A DNA stretch of 64,000 bases from Macrostomum lignano (taxonomy: Eukaryota). A program made the translations under genes and the position numbers. The stretch is from positions 187,166-251,165 of the forward strand of contig NIVC01001679.1 of the NCBI GenBank assembly GCA_002269645.1, read 5' to 3'. This document shows positions 48,321-60,276 of this stretch, piece by piece. The first letter of the stretch is position 1. Each line of letters starts with the position of its first letter. Under the pieces are notes generated by a model. That model did not search any database. It saw only the letters and a program-made list of their open reading frames with translations, and was not told the origin of the DNA.

Positions 48321-51300
48321 TTAAGCCTCATCAGCAGCTTTCGCTGCAGCTTCTGTAGCCTGCTTGGCAAGCTCGGCGTCCTTGCGCCTGGAGCTGGCAG
48401 ACTTGTTGAGCTCCCCGCCAAGCTTAGATATGTCCCACAGGTACAGAACGGCGCAGAATATCAGAGCTAGGCAGAGCCAGGCTAGAAAGAACACTTCGAG
48501 AATGAGATAACCTTTGGAGTCAACGATAAGACCGGATACCTGGTTGAAACGATATTTTAGGGTGTAATTTCAGTTATTTGTTTTCAAGTCGTTTAGAAAA
48601 TCCAATAAGACAGCAGCCCCAATATACAATTGTCGGGTAAGGGGGGGGGGGTAGCAGCCCCAATTGTACAACTGTCGGGTAATGGAGGTAGCAGCCCCAA
48701 AAAACACTGTCGGGTAAGGGGGCGGGGGGTTAGCAGCCCCAATAAAACACTGTCGGGTAAGGGGGCGGGGGGTTAGCAGCCCCAATAAAACACTGTCGGG
48801 TAAGGGGGCGGGGGGTTAGCAGCCCCAATAAAACACTGTCGGGTAAGGGGGCGGGGGGTTAGCAGCCCCAATAAAACACTGTCGGGTAAGGGGGCGGGGG
48901 GTTAGCAGCCCCAATAAAACACTGAGGGGGTGAGGGGTTAGCAGACCCAATAAAACACTGAGGGGGTGAGGGGTTAGCAGATACAATAAAACACTGAGGG
49001 GGTGAGGGGTTAGCAGACCCAATAAAAACTGGGGGGGGGGGTGAGGGGTTAGCAGACCCAATAAAACACTGATGGGGTGAGGGGTTAGCAGATACAATAA
49101 AACACTGAGGGGGTGAGGGGTTAGCAGACCCAATAAAAACTGGGGGGTGAGGGGTTAGCAGACCCAATAAAACACTGAGGGGGTGAGGGGTTAGCAGACC
49201 CAATAAAAACTGGGGGGTGAGGGGTTAGCAGATCCAATAAAACACTGAGGGGTGAGGGGTTAGCAGATACAATAAAACACTGAGGGGGTGAGGGGTTAGC
49301 AGACCCAATAAAAACTGGGGGGTGAGGGGTTAGCAGACCCAATAAAACACTGAGGGGGTGAGGGGTTAGCAGATCCAATAAAACACTGAGGGGGTGAGGG
49401 GTTAGCAGATCCAATAAAACACTGAGGGGGTGAGGGGTTAGCAGATCCAATAAAAACTGGGGGGTGAGGGGTTAGCAGACCCAATAAAACACTGAGGGGT
49501 GAGGGGTTAGCAGATCCAATAAAACACTGAGGGGGTGAGGGGTTAGCAGACCCAATAAAAACTGGGGGGTGAGGGGTTAGCAGACCCAATAAAACACTGA
49601 GGGGGTGAGGGGTTAGCAGATACAATAAAACACTGAGGGGGTGAGGGGTTAGCAGACCCAATAAAACACTGGAGTTTAATTGAAAACAAAACTAGACTAA
49701 CCTGGTTAATAACAGCCAATCCAAGATTCTGAATACTCTGCATAATTCCGTATGCTGTGCCAAGCATATGATTGGGCAGACAATAGGACACCAACGGCCA
49801 CAATGAGGCTGCTAAGATAGAATAGCTAACGCCAAGCCAAATCATGATGCCGTAGGGGCTCAGATTGAATGTGAAAGCCAAACAAGCGTGACAGCCCATA
49901 GTCATGAGGCTGCCCAGCATCACCCACATGATGTTGCGACCAGTTCTATCGATGAGGAAGCCACAGACGGGACTGGAAATTGCGCTGACAATATACGGCA
50001 AACTGTTCACTGCGTCGGCTTCATTCGGGTTGAAATTGAATTTGCGCTCGAAAAATACCTGGCCAAGGCTGATGAAGGGGAACACGCTGACGTAATAAGC
50101 TACACAGATCCCGCACAGAAGCCACACGGCTGCTGGGAACCGAATGATGTCCGATAGCTGGATTTTCTCACCTGAGATTTGCACGGGCGGAGGGTTATAG
50201 GCGATTCTTAAGGTGCTTTATGGGCGATTCTTAAGGTGGTTTATGGGCGATTCTTGAGGCGGTTTATGGGCGATTCTTGAGGCGGTTTATGGGCGATTCT
50301 TAAGGTGGTTTATATGCGATTATTAAGGTGGTTTATGGGGATTCTAAAGGCGGTTTATGGGCGATTCTTAAGGTGGCTTATGGGCGATTCTTAAGGCGGT
50401 TTATGGGCGATTCTTACTCTCAGGGTTGTTTATGGTTGATTCTTAAGGTGGTTTATGGGCGATTTTAAAGGTGGTTCATAGGCGATGGTCTGTAATAAGA
50501 CCATGTAATAATAAGATGGTCTGTAAGCAAGCTACAATCTCAGTGATGTATTTTTCCCCGTTAGTAAAGTCAGTTTTCAAGATTTTCTAATAAACAAAGT
50601 AATTAAGACATTCTCAGAAAAGCGCTAAAACACAATTTCTTAAACGAGAAGGTGAAAAATAATTTATCTATTGATGAAAAGAGATGATGCAACTCACTCA
50701 CCTGTGCTTCCAGCATCCGCTCCAAGCAGCCTCTTGGCCCTCCTATCAATATAGGCCAGTATAAAAGCGCAGCCCAGCGACAAGATGCAGCTGAACGCAG
50801 CCAGGAACAAAGCCGCGCCCAGCTGTTGCCAGGGCTGGGAGAAGCGGCCATCAAGAGAGTGATAAATTGGCTGCATGACGTTCATATTCACTGTGCTGCC
50901 GATGCGAGACATGCTGAGCTGGATGCCGAACACCATGTTGAGCTCGTGACCGCGGAACCACGATGTAGCATAGGTGTTCTGGGCCACGGCCAGGCTCTCG
51001 CCTCCGATGCCGAATAGGAATCTGGCCGCGTCCATCAGCCACACCTGGGCAGGTGGGGGGGGGGGGGTTTGGGATATTTAATTACCGGGGCGATTCTTTA
51101 GAGATATTCTATTACCGGGGCGATTATTTAGGGATATTCTATTACCGGGGCGATTATTTAGGGATATTCTATTATAGGGGCGATTATTTAGGGATATTCT
51201 ATTACAGGGCGATTCTTTAGGGAAATTCTATTACAGGGCGATTCTTTAGGGAAATTCTATTACAGGGCGATTCTTTAGGGAAATTCTATTACAGGGCGAT

Positions 51301-54300
51301 TCTTTAGGGAAATTCTATTACAGGGCGATTCTTTAGGGAAATTCTATTACAGGGCGATTCTTTAGGGAAATTCTATTACAGGGCGATTCTTCAGGGAAAT
51401 TCTATTACAGGGCGATTCTTTAGGGAAATTCTATTACAGGGCGATTCTTTAGGGAAATTCTATTACAGGGCGATTCTTTAGGGAAATTCTATTACAGGGC
51501 GATTCTTTAGGGAAATTCTATTACAGGGCGATTCTTTAGGGAAATTCTATTACAGGGCGATTCTTTAGGGAAATTCTATTACAGGGCGATTCTTTAGGGA
51601 AATTCTATTACAGGGCGATTCTTTAGGGAAATTCTATTACAGGGCGATTCTTTAGGGAAATTCTATTACAGGGCGATTCTTTAGGGAAATTCTATTACAG
51701 GGCGATTCTTTAGGGAAATTCTATTACAGGGCGATTCTTTAGGGATATTCTATTACAGGGCGATTCTTTAGGGATATTCTATTACAGGGCGATTAGAGTA
51801 ATAGAGTATCCCTATTACTACGACGACGACCTAATTTACGACGACCTAGCGAGACGGCGCAGCAAGGCCTGGGCTGCCTTCCAATCTGTGCGGGCGGTGC
51901 TGCTCTCCGAGGCCCTGTCCGACGGCGCCAGGTCCCAGCTGTTCCAGGCGGTTGTTGAGACCGCCCTGCTGTACAATGCTGAGACCTGGACGCTGACCGG
52001 GGCGCTTGAGGCGCAGCTCGACGCGGCACATGCGGCCCTAGTCCGCGCCACTTTCGGCGCCCGCCGCGGCCCTGGTAGCGAGACAACCGAGTCCCTGTAC
52101 AAGCGCACAGGCCTGACGCGGCCTTCTGCCCTGCTGAGACAGCGGCGCCTGCGGCTGGCCGGACATGTCATCCGGGCCGAAGCTTACTGCCCAGAGCCGC
52201 TGCAGGACGTCCTGTTGTGGACACCGCAGGGACCGCGCAGGCGTGGCCAGGGACGATCAGCCCGCTACGTCGACCGCCTTTTTGAAGATGCGCGAGCACC
52301 CAGCCAGGCGGCCGGTGTGAAGCACATTAGAGACCTAGCTCTGAAACGCGCGATTGACGCTCCCCCTTTTGGCCACTTCTGTGGCTGGCGTGGGGCGTAA
52401 CTATTATTATTATTATTATTTTTGTTATTACAGGGGCGATTATTTAGGGATAATTTATTACAGGGGCGACTTCTAAAAAAACCAGAATTCTCACCTTATT
52501 AATAAAAGCGCCAAAGGCGAACAGCAACTGACCAACCAGACAAAACGATGAGAAAATAATTGCTCCAAGGCGAATACCAAACAGCCTGTCAATCAGGTAG
52601 CCACCAATCATTGACAGCACAACATTCGGCCAAGAATACCAGGCGTAGAAGGACGAGTACTGGGCGGTGGTCAGGCTTAAGTCTTCTGTCATGACGTCTT
52701 GCAGAGCGCTTGGATTATCGTAGCAGAAATACGAGCCAAATGACAGGAAGCACATGAAGGACAAGGCGAGATAGCGGTGCAGCGCCGACCGAGGGTTGCA
52801 GGCAGCGCAGCCTGAATCAACAATTTCAATGGAATCAGTTTTGATGGCACAATTTGAAAACAATAAATAATATGAAGTGGTGGGTGCAAAAAAACCTGAT
52901 CATTACAAGTTGCTAACTATAATGGTATTGATTATTGGTTGACTTAATTAATTGAGACAATTCTAATATTTATGATTAGTTTTATAGCTCCTTTTATCTA
53001 TCCATTGTTATCTTGAAACAATCCATAGTTACCACTAAATCATACCATTTTTCTTAATACCTTATCCCTTAGTCAACCTAAATTTGGGATAAAAAAGTAA
53101 ATTTTTGTAACACCTTCCTTACTATCTTTAGCCATGTGTAGCAACTATTGAAGTGATTCAAAACATTTGGTAATCTTTACCACAAAATCCTATGTTTAGC
53201 AACCATTGAAGTGATTCAAAACATTTGGTATTGGTATCCTATTTTGCTAATAAAAATATTTTTCTAAATTTCAAATTTTATTTGCATCAACTTGTACAAA
53301 AAGCTAGAATCTAGAATAAGTAACTGTATCAATATTCTAAGTTTTCTAATTTTATAGCTGTTAAAAGAACAAAATACAAAAATCATATAAATAAAAAAGT
53401 AACTACTATTAGCTTGGTTATTTGGTTATACAATAATAAATATAATCTAAAATTTGGTTGCTTTATAATTATAGTAAAGAAGATAGTATAGCAAATGAAA
53501 ATGTCTAAAAGCCACAGCAATAAGCCTAGGCATCTTAAGGCTTATTTACATTGCTATCAAACAAGCTGCCAAAACATAAACAATTTAAGCATAGTTCCAG
53601 TTTACTGCATTAAACTATTTCGCCCTCTATTCAAAGGTAGGGGGGGGGGTTGGAATATAATGAAGTAAACTAGAACCCTGCCACAATTTAAGCGCTTACA
53701 AAGGAATCAAATATGATATACAAATTGGGTGATCACATAAAATTTGGTCTTATTTGATAGCATTATAAGTAAATATTTAATTTCTAAGTATTATTTTTAA
53801 TTATTATTATTAGATAATCATTACTAAATAATTACTGATTTAATTATTATTTATTAAAATATATAACTAATAAATATACAAATTCAAAAGCTTAAATCTT
53901 AGATTTTTACTTTTTTAGCATTCTTTTGTAATTTATATCATGCACTCAAAGACTCAATTAGGCTCATGCACTTAATTTAATAATTAATCTAGCAAAAGCT
54001 TTTAGGCCTATAAAAATTAGAAAATGAGATTTTTATATATTTAGTTCAAGAAGTTGTGAAAAAATAAAGCTAAAATCTTGACTTGATTAAATTAAAGAAG
54101 TATTTTTAGTTACTTAGGAAACTTTTTAGTCTATAAGTATTGTGGCTCTAGATTTTGTTCAACAGATAAAAATATTGGCTATGCCACTGAAAACGTTGAT
54201 TAAAGGCAGATATAATTTTGAAGATTTTTATTAACACACTGCTTGGAAATAATGGAGGAAGAATTAGGCCTAGTAAGGGATAATTGAGTAGTAAATGCAG

Positions 54301-54439
54301 CATTGTATTGTCAATAAGTCGAAAATGTAGATATTTATTTACCTTGGTACTCAACTTCATTGTTATGGTCCCCAGTTGGTGCATTTAGGGCAGGAGACTG
54401 ATTGCTTAAAAGAGGACTTGTTTCCTCTGCACTATCCAT
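48321..54439 (-). CDS. MFSD1: Lysosomal MFS transporter MFSD1 (481 aa)
   Basis: Exons 54439-54343, 52811-52495, 51044-50702, 50171-49702, 48539-48321 join in frame (1446 nt). N-terminal dileucine EETSPLL; FGSYFCYDNP, YAWYSWPNVVL, GIGGESLAVAQNTY, GTAYGIMQSIQNLGLA. Confidence 0.93.
48615..49670. repeat. ~36-bp minisatellite in MFSD1 intron 4
   Basis: GAGGGGTTAGCAGACCCAATAAAACACTGAGGGGGT units. Confidence 0.92.
50198..50480. repeat. 23-bp minisatellite (GGGCGATTCTTAAGGTGGTTTAT)n in MFSD1 intron 3
   Basis: Direct. Confidence 0.88.
51072..51795. repeat. 29-bp minisatellite (CTATTACAGGGCGATTCTTTAGGGAAATT)n in MFSD1 intron 2
   Basis: Direct; shares GGGCGATTCTT core with the intron 3 array. Confidence 0.95.
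51837..52420 (+). mobile_element. 5'-truncated RTE-clade LINE 3' end with (TAT)n tail
   Basis: DDLARRRSKAWAAF...LLYNAETWTLT...RRLRLAGHVIR...RRRGQGR; stop at 52398-52400, then (TAT)n; inserted in the 29-bp array. Confidence 0.85.
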
Positions 54440-55422
54440 GACAGGCTAAACTTTTGCAAAGTTACAAGCTACTAGGGTAGGGTCTAATCTAATTAAATAC
54501 TTAGCTCTGCTGGTTACTAGTATGGGCCTAAAAACTCCGTCTAGTCTAGGTCGACAACTGCCAAGAAAATGATGTTTGTGTTTATTACTAAAAACGATAA
54601 AGTTAAAAATTTGCAGTACTAACAAGAGCCATTTGATCTACTTTATTTTAACTGAAACTTGCGTGAATAAAACTTAGTTTGATAAACAATATAATACTAA
54701 AGTTGAAGTCTAACAAACGCCAAAGAAAAATCATTTTAAGTTTTGATAAACTGATTAACGGATTAGTTTAATATTAAATAGGCTGTCTTAGAATAAAAAG
54801 CACTACGTTTTTGAGATCGAGATTCGCTGAATTTTTGCGCATATATTGATAATGCAGGTGCTACAGAGCAGTGCTTTATTCTGAAAACAATGCTTAAAAA
54901 CCATATGCAGATTGGCTTTCTCTTCAAAACATTAAACGGTGTTTGTTCTGCGCAGTTACACTAGCTGTAATCAGCATGTTTTACTTTTTTGTGGTGGCAA
55001 ATAATTGCTTCGACTTTGTGCTGAGGCCCGGCCTGAAACGCTAAATGTGCTACTCCGCCGTTGTACATGACCGATGCCTCTGATCATTCAGAGCTGGAAA
55101 TTATACACTGATGTACATGTATATTTCTAGCGCCTGTACATTTTATTATTGCATGAATATCATATGTATGATGTATAGCTACATCCATCCTGGCCGCGGC
55201 CCCCACTAATTTTTGCGTGCCCTCCCAATTCTTCCCCTGTGATTCTTGCGCCCCTGTGATGACTCACCCCACTTCCCGCGCACCAGCCCAACTCAATTCT
55301 ATTTTATAAATAATTCATGAGTGTAACGGTTTCTGATCCCTTATCTTCCCAAGCTTCTTCCTGCCTGTTACATAATCCCCCATTATAAATTATTTTTCTC
55401 GCTGCGCACCTCAATTTCTCGT

Positions 55423-55546
55423 CCAATCACAGCGCGGCTGACGTGGGTGACGTCAAAGTGGCTGTTGGTAATTGAGGTCAAGGACAAGTCACGCCCTTCA
55501 ATATTACGTGATTGCATGACGCATAATCTCATCAGGGCTATAAATA
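55423..55546 (+). promoter_or_regulatory. bZIP-site cluster with TATA: CCAAT, TGACGTGG (UPRE), TGACGTCA (CRE), TGACGCA, TATAAATA
   Basis: CCAAT 55423-27, TGACGTGG 55439-46, TGACGTCA 55448-55, TGACGCA 55517-23, TATAAATA 55539-46. Confidence 0.5.
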
Positions 55547-56310
55547 AAATACTGTTTCGCACCAAACCGTTTCCGACCCATATTCTCCCTGCCGCGTTTC
55601 CAGCTTACGCGGAGCTGCAACAATTCCGTTCGGAGCTGCAACAATTCCGTTCGGAGCTGCAACAATTCCGTTCGGAGCCTCCTTCTCCCTTTTGGTGCGG
55701 ATCGGAGCTGTAACGTCCTTGACTGCAGCCGCCGCCGTGACTATCCGACGACCACCGTGCCAACAAGAAGTCCTGACCTGCCCGTGGGCCACGTCTATAA
55801 GGTACTACATTTGTATTTCTTTCTCTGTTGCGCTGCCCTTGTTGAGTATAAGCAGCCCGCGGTCTCCCCCTCCCGGGCCATTGCTCATCTTCTAATTTTT
55901 CATTCTTAACTTATTAAGTCCGTTTTAATAATTAACTGAATGATTTAGGTCAAGTTTAGGGCCAGTATAAAATCAGGGCATTACAACTATAGTGTATTCA
56001 AATGTTTACTATGAAATGTGAGTAGTGATCGTGCATGGCAATGGGCATGGAATAGAAGCTGAGGGTCAGAGGGAAAGATTATCGAGTATGAGCCGAATTT
56101 AACCAAATAATCATACATGTAGCATGAGTGACAGTACTTCTAAATAAGTCCCAGTAGGATGTGCCGCACGAGAGAGCCCTGGGACCTGCACTTTAATTCC
56201 CATCCCCTGCTGCATCGAACCCATCTAGGAGAAAAGCATAATTAGATGGCGTTATCTTTATATCCACCCTTGGAATCCTGGGGCTTATTAGGAGGATATT
56301 GTAGTCTCAC

Positions 56311-56470
56311 CAGTTTAAAGATCCCCCTATGCAAAAGCACTGAATAACTAGACTGTCTCTGTGTGCCTCGCATAGAGTTCCTCAATCGGCCACTTTGTTC
56401 TGTTGTTGAATTAACGAACGCAGAAACAAGATAGATAATTATCCGGGCGCTCAGTGGCACCAAAAGAGGG
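56311..56470 (-). other. Candidate non-coding first exon of MFSD1
   Basis: Begins ~30 nt downstream of a TATA-like box (TSS inferred); donor CTG|GTGAGA at 56311/56310; matching acceptor TTTAG| at 54446, 6 nt before the MFSD1 ATG. Confidence 0.4.
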
Positions 56471-56493
56471 CTTGGCCAATAGGAGGGCGGCTC

Positions 56494-56592
56494 GTATATT
56501 TATGCACGCGGGGAAGGAAAGTTCTAGAAAGACCGGGGAAGGAAACTTCTGGAACTATGCGTAAACAAGTCCGCGGTGGAAGTTTCTAGAAA
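56494..56592 (-). promoter_or_regulatory. Heat-shock promoter: three perfect nGAAnnTTCnnGAAn HSEs plus TATA-like box
   Basis: GGAAAGTTCTAGAAA 56516-30, GGAAACTTCTGGAAC 56541-55, GGAAGTTTCTAGAAA 56578-92; ATAAATATA on minus strand at ~56503-56495. Confidence 0.75.
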
Positions 56593-56882
56593 CGCTGTCC
56601 CCGAACTACCCCTACGCATCGCATGCCTTTGCAATACACAACACACTTCTAGTACAGTTAAGGTCAAGAACCTTCGGCTGTTACAGACCGCGCGGGAGTC
56701 CTGTCTCGTTAGTGAGACTTTTTACCGGGTGCACTCCTGCACAGGTGACTGGTGGCGGTTGCGCCTCTGGCAGCGTGTGTATTCAAACAATTGCCAGGCC
56801 CGCTGTCTAGATAATAGGGATCTTGGCCGCAAGAGAAGTTCAGCTACCGCACCAGCCAGAGACCGACGTAATCTAGGGGTTA

Positions 56883-57265
56883 CGTCTAACAGGTGACACT
56901 ATCCTCTGTCTAACAGGTGACACTATCCTCTGTCTAACAGGTGACACTATCCTCTGTCTAACAGGTGACACTATCCTCTGTCTAACAGGTGACACTATGC
57001 TCTGTCTAACAGGTGACACTATCCTCTGTCTAACAGGTGACACTATCCTCTGTCTAACAGGTGACACTATCCTCTGTCTAACAGGTGACACTATGCTCTG
57101 TCTAACAGGTGACATTATCCTCTGTCTAACAGGTGACACTATCCTCTGTCTAACAGGTGACACTATCCTCTGTCTAACAGGTGACACTGTCCTCTGTCTA
57201 ACAGGTGACACTATCCTCTGTCGAACAGGTGACACTATCCTCTGTCTAACAGGTGACGCTATCCT
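56883..57265. repeat. 24-bp minisatellite (GTCTAACAGGTGACACTATCCTCT)n
   Basis: Direct. Confidence 0.93.
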
Positions 57266-57957
57266 GTCAATGTTCAGTTTAAACTACAGGTAGCTATACT
57301 CGTATTCGTAGAAATTTACCTTATAAATTTTACCTTACCTTACCTTATAAATTGCATACAATTTCAAACAGCTGACTTTAACTAACTTTAAGTAGAAAAG
57401 TCACATAAATTTCGTGCAAAATATAAAAAAACGTTTGTTTCTATTAAGCGCATATAATTCATTATAAAATATTATCAATCGATAACAATCGATTTAGATA
57501 TCTATAAAATTTATTTTCTCATTGGAATTTTTTAAAACGGTACAAATGATCAAAGCTGCATTGAGCATCAGAAAAACCAGTTGAAAAAAATATAAAAATA
57601 CTTGTAGCTGTACAAATTAAAACTAAGTGCATCTGTTGCTATAATATTTAAAACGAGAAAACAGTTCGTTCATATTGGCGTTTGATATTGTTCTCACCAT
57701 AGCTACATTCGGTTTTCTTAAAAATGATCTGGAACGTATCGCTGTATGTTTTAGCTCTTTAGCGACCGAATTAGTCTATGGCACAACGCGCTCTGCCTTC
57801 GACAATTATTGTACATCGAACTAAACAGATTAATTGTATTTTTGGTACCAAAACAATTTTGCGAAAAAAATGAATACATTATTCGCAGCCAACTACTTGA
57901 AGTAAGCATCGATGATTGAAAAGAATTAATTTCTATTTATTTTTCCATAGCGCTCGA

Positions 57958-60276
57958 TCAGTCAGTCGTAGGTGGGCCTGAAGCCACCGCCGCCGCCACC
58001 GCCTCCTCGCCTGGCTGCCCCGGGTTTGCCGGGTCGGGCAGAGCGGCGGCGCCTGACGGGCCGTCGTCTCGGCCGTGCAGCACCATGGTGCGCACCTCCT
58101 CCATCTCGGCGAACGGGATCCAGTCGTCGCCAACTGGACGCCCAGCGTCGAGACGCTCCCGCTCGGTCTCGAAGACGGTTTCGTGCTTCTCCCACGACTG
58201 GTCGCAGGCGGCGCACACGAAAACGGAATTGAAGGCGCCGCAGGGGCAGGAGCGGCACTGGTGCTGCCGGGTGTCGCTTCTGGGGTGCGAGAGGGGGAGA
58301 GTCGGGTTTGGATTTGCCATCACGATATGGAATTGAGACATTGGGGAATTGGGAATTGGGAGAATGGGAATCGAGGGAATCGGGGTAATGGATATCGGTG
58401 CATTGGGATTCGGGGCTATTGGGATCAATGGGGGAATTGGGATTCGGGGAATCAGGGAATCGGGGTGTTGGGAATTGTGGAATTAGGAAAAAGGGAAATG
58501 AGGGAAAGGGAAATGAGGGAAAGGGAAATGAGGGAAAGGGAAATGAGGGAAAGGGAAATGAGGGAAAGGGAAATGAGGGAAAGGGAAATGAGGGAAAGGG
58601 AAATGAGGGAAAGGGAAATGAGGGAAAGGGAAATGAGGGAAAGGGAAATGAGGGAAAGGGAAATGAGGGAAAGGGAAATGAGGGAAAGGGAAATGAGGGA
58701 AAGGGAAATGAGGGAAAGGGAATTAGGGAATGAGGGAAGGGAAATTTGAAAGCGAGGAATTAGGAATCGGGGTATTGGGAAACGATTGGGAATCGGGGAA
58801 TTAGGAATCAGGAAATTGGGATTTAGGGACTTGGGAATCGGGGAATCGGGAAACGGGGAATTGGGGAATAGGGGAATCGGGAAACGGGGAATTGGGAATC
58901 GGGAAATTGGAAATTGAGATTCAGGGATTAGGAATCGGGACATTTTGAATTTGGATTTTATCCAGGAAATGCAATCAGAACTCGATCATGGGATTAAGAA
59001 TTGCAGTAAGGTTTAAGTGTCTACTCCCGTAGGGTCATGGGACAATTTGCTGCAATGCCACTGACACGCCTTAGCCACTCTATCCTTTTATATCACTACA
59101 AAACTCAATGAAAAAAATGATTTATTTTACTATAAGTAGTGTAGTAAATAAATTTCAATAAATAATGTACAATGCTAGATGTAATTTTCTAATGTTTTTA
59201 CTATCAGTAGTGTTTAGCAAACCGACTAAAGCAACAATATTGATCAATATTCGTCTAAATCTCTCACCTATGCTCCTCGTGCGTGTGTTTGCACCGGCAC
59301 TTTGCCCGCCAACTGGCCGGATCGAAATCGCGACGCCGTTTCAACCAGAACTCGCCGGCCTCCTCCGGTCTGGTTGGCACCCATTCGAAGTTGGCGCATT
59401 TGCAGTGCTGACACGGCAGCTGGAGGGCCCGGCCGCCAGGCTGCTTGTGCTCGGCGAGGTTGTGGCCGCAGAAGCAGCGGGAGCCGGAGTGGACGCGCTG
59501 GCAGTCCTGCTTGTCGTAGGGCGGCTCCCGGGGTCGCCAGGAGAAATACCAGCCGCTGGCCTGCATGGGGGTAGCGACAGGTAGGTGTCTGGTAGATTAT
59601 CTGGTAAGCATGCAGGGGAGTCTATCAGATGGCCTAGTAGACTAGCAGGATAGTCTGGTAGGCAAGTAGACAATCTGGTAGCTTACAGGGGGAATTGCTG
59701 AGATGCCAAGGCTTACTGAGGGAATTGCTGAGATGCCAAGGCTTACTGAGGGAATTTCTGAGATGCCAAGGCTTACTGAGGGAATTGCTGAGATATCAAG
59801 GCTTACGGGGAAAATTGCTGAGAGGTCAGAAGCTACATGTTGTTCATTCAAAAAAGTTCATTCCATTCTTTGTTGGCTCCCTAACGGGGGGGCGCTGATT
59901 GCTAGTACAGTCAAAAGTATCAGCTGAATGAACTTAGCTCTCCCTCTCTAACCTTGGCCTCCTCAACCGCTCGCATCTCCGGCTCGAACAGCTGCTTCAC
60001 CTTGGGCGCCAACTCCGCCCCATTCATCGCCTTGGCAACGGCAAGCACATTGTACTGCTCGGCACGCTGGATTTTGTTAACTCGGAGCTCACCGCCAGGC
60101 AGCTGGTAGCGGCCGGGAATCAGGTTGCCCTGCCCGTCTGTTGGAAGCCCGCGACCCCGACCGGCGGCCGGTCCAGCGGCGCCTCGCTTAGCAACCGTTT
60201 TTGTTGACTTTGACGACGATGATGACGAGGCAGCTGCGCCGGATTTGCCTGGCTGATTTGGTCGGCTGCTGCTCAT
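57958..60276 (-). CDS. FAM221B: FAM221B-like protein (312 aa)
   Basis: Exons 60276-59953, 59560-59268, 58279-57958 join in frame (939 nt). Motifs SRCFCGH.L.EH, P.RPEE.GEFWLKRR..FDP..WRA.CRCKH.HEEH, F.CAACD..WE.HET.F.T. Confidence 0.9.
58330..58940. repeat. GGGAA-rich tract with a 15-bp array (AGGGAAAGGGAAATG)n at ~58490-58720
   Basis: Direct; FAM221B intron 2. Confidence 0.9.
59686..59825. repeat. 30-bp repeat (GAGGGAATTGCTGAGATGCCAAGGCTTACT) in FAM221B intron 1
   Basis: Direct; same family as 1445-1620. Confidence 0.8.

Noticed and set aside
55322-56128. Solo LTR TG...CA with TGAG TSD, and TGGTGCGG as a PBS at ~55693
   Set aside because: A 4-bp TSD plus CA is likely by chance over this span, terminal inverted match is only 2 bp, and the PBS is misplaced; kept only as an alternative hypothesis.
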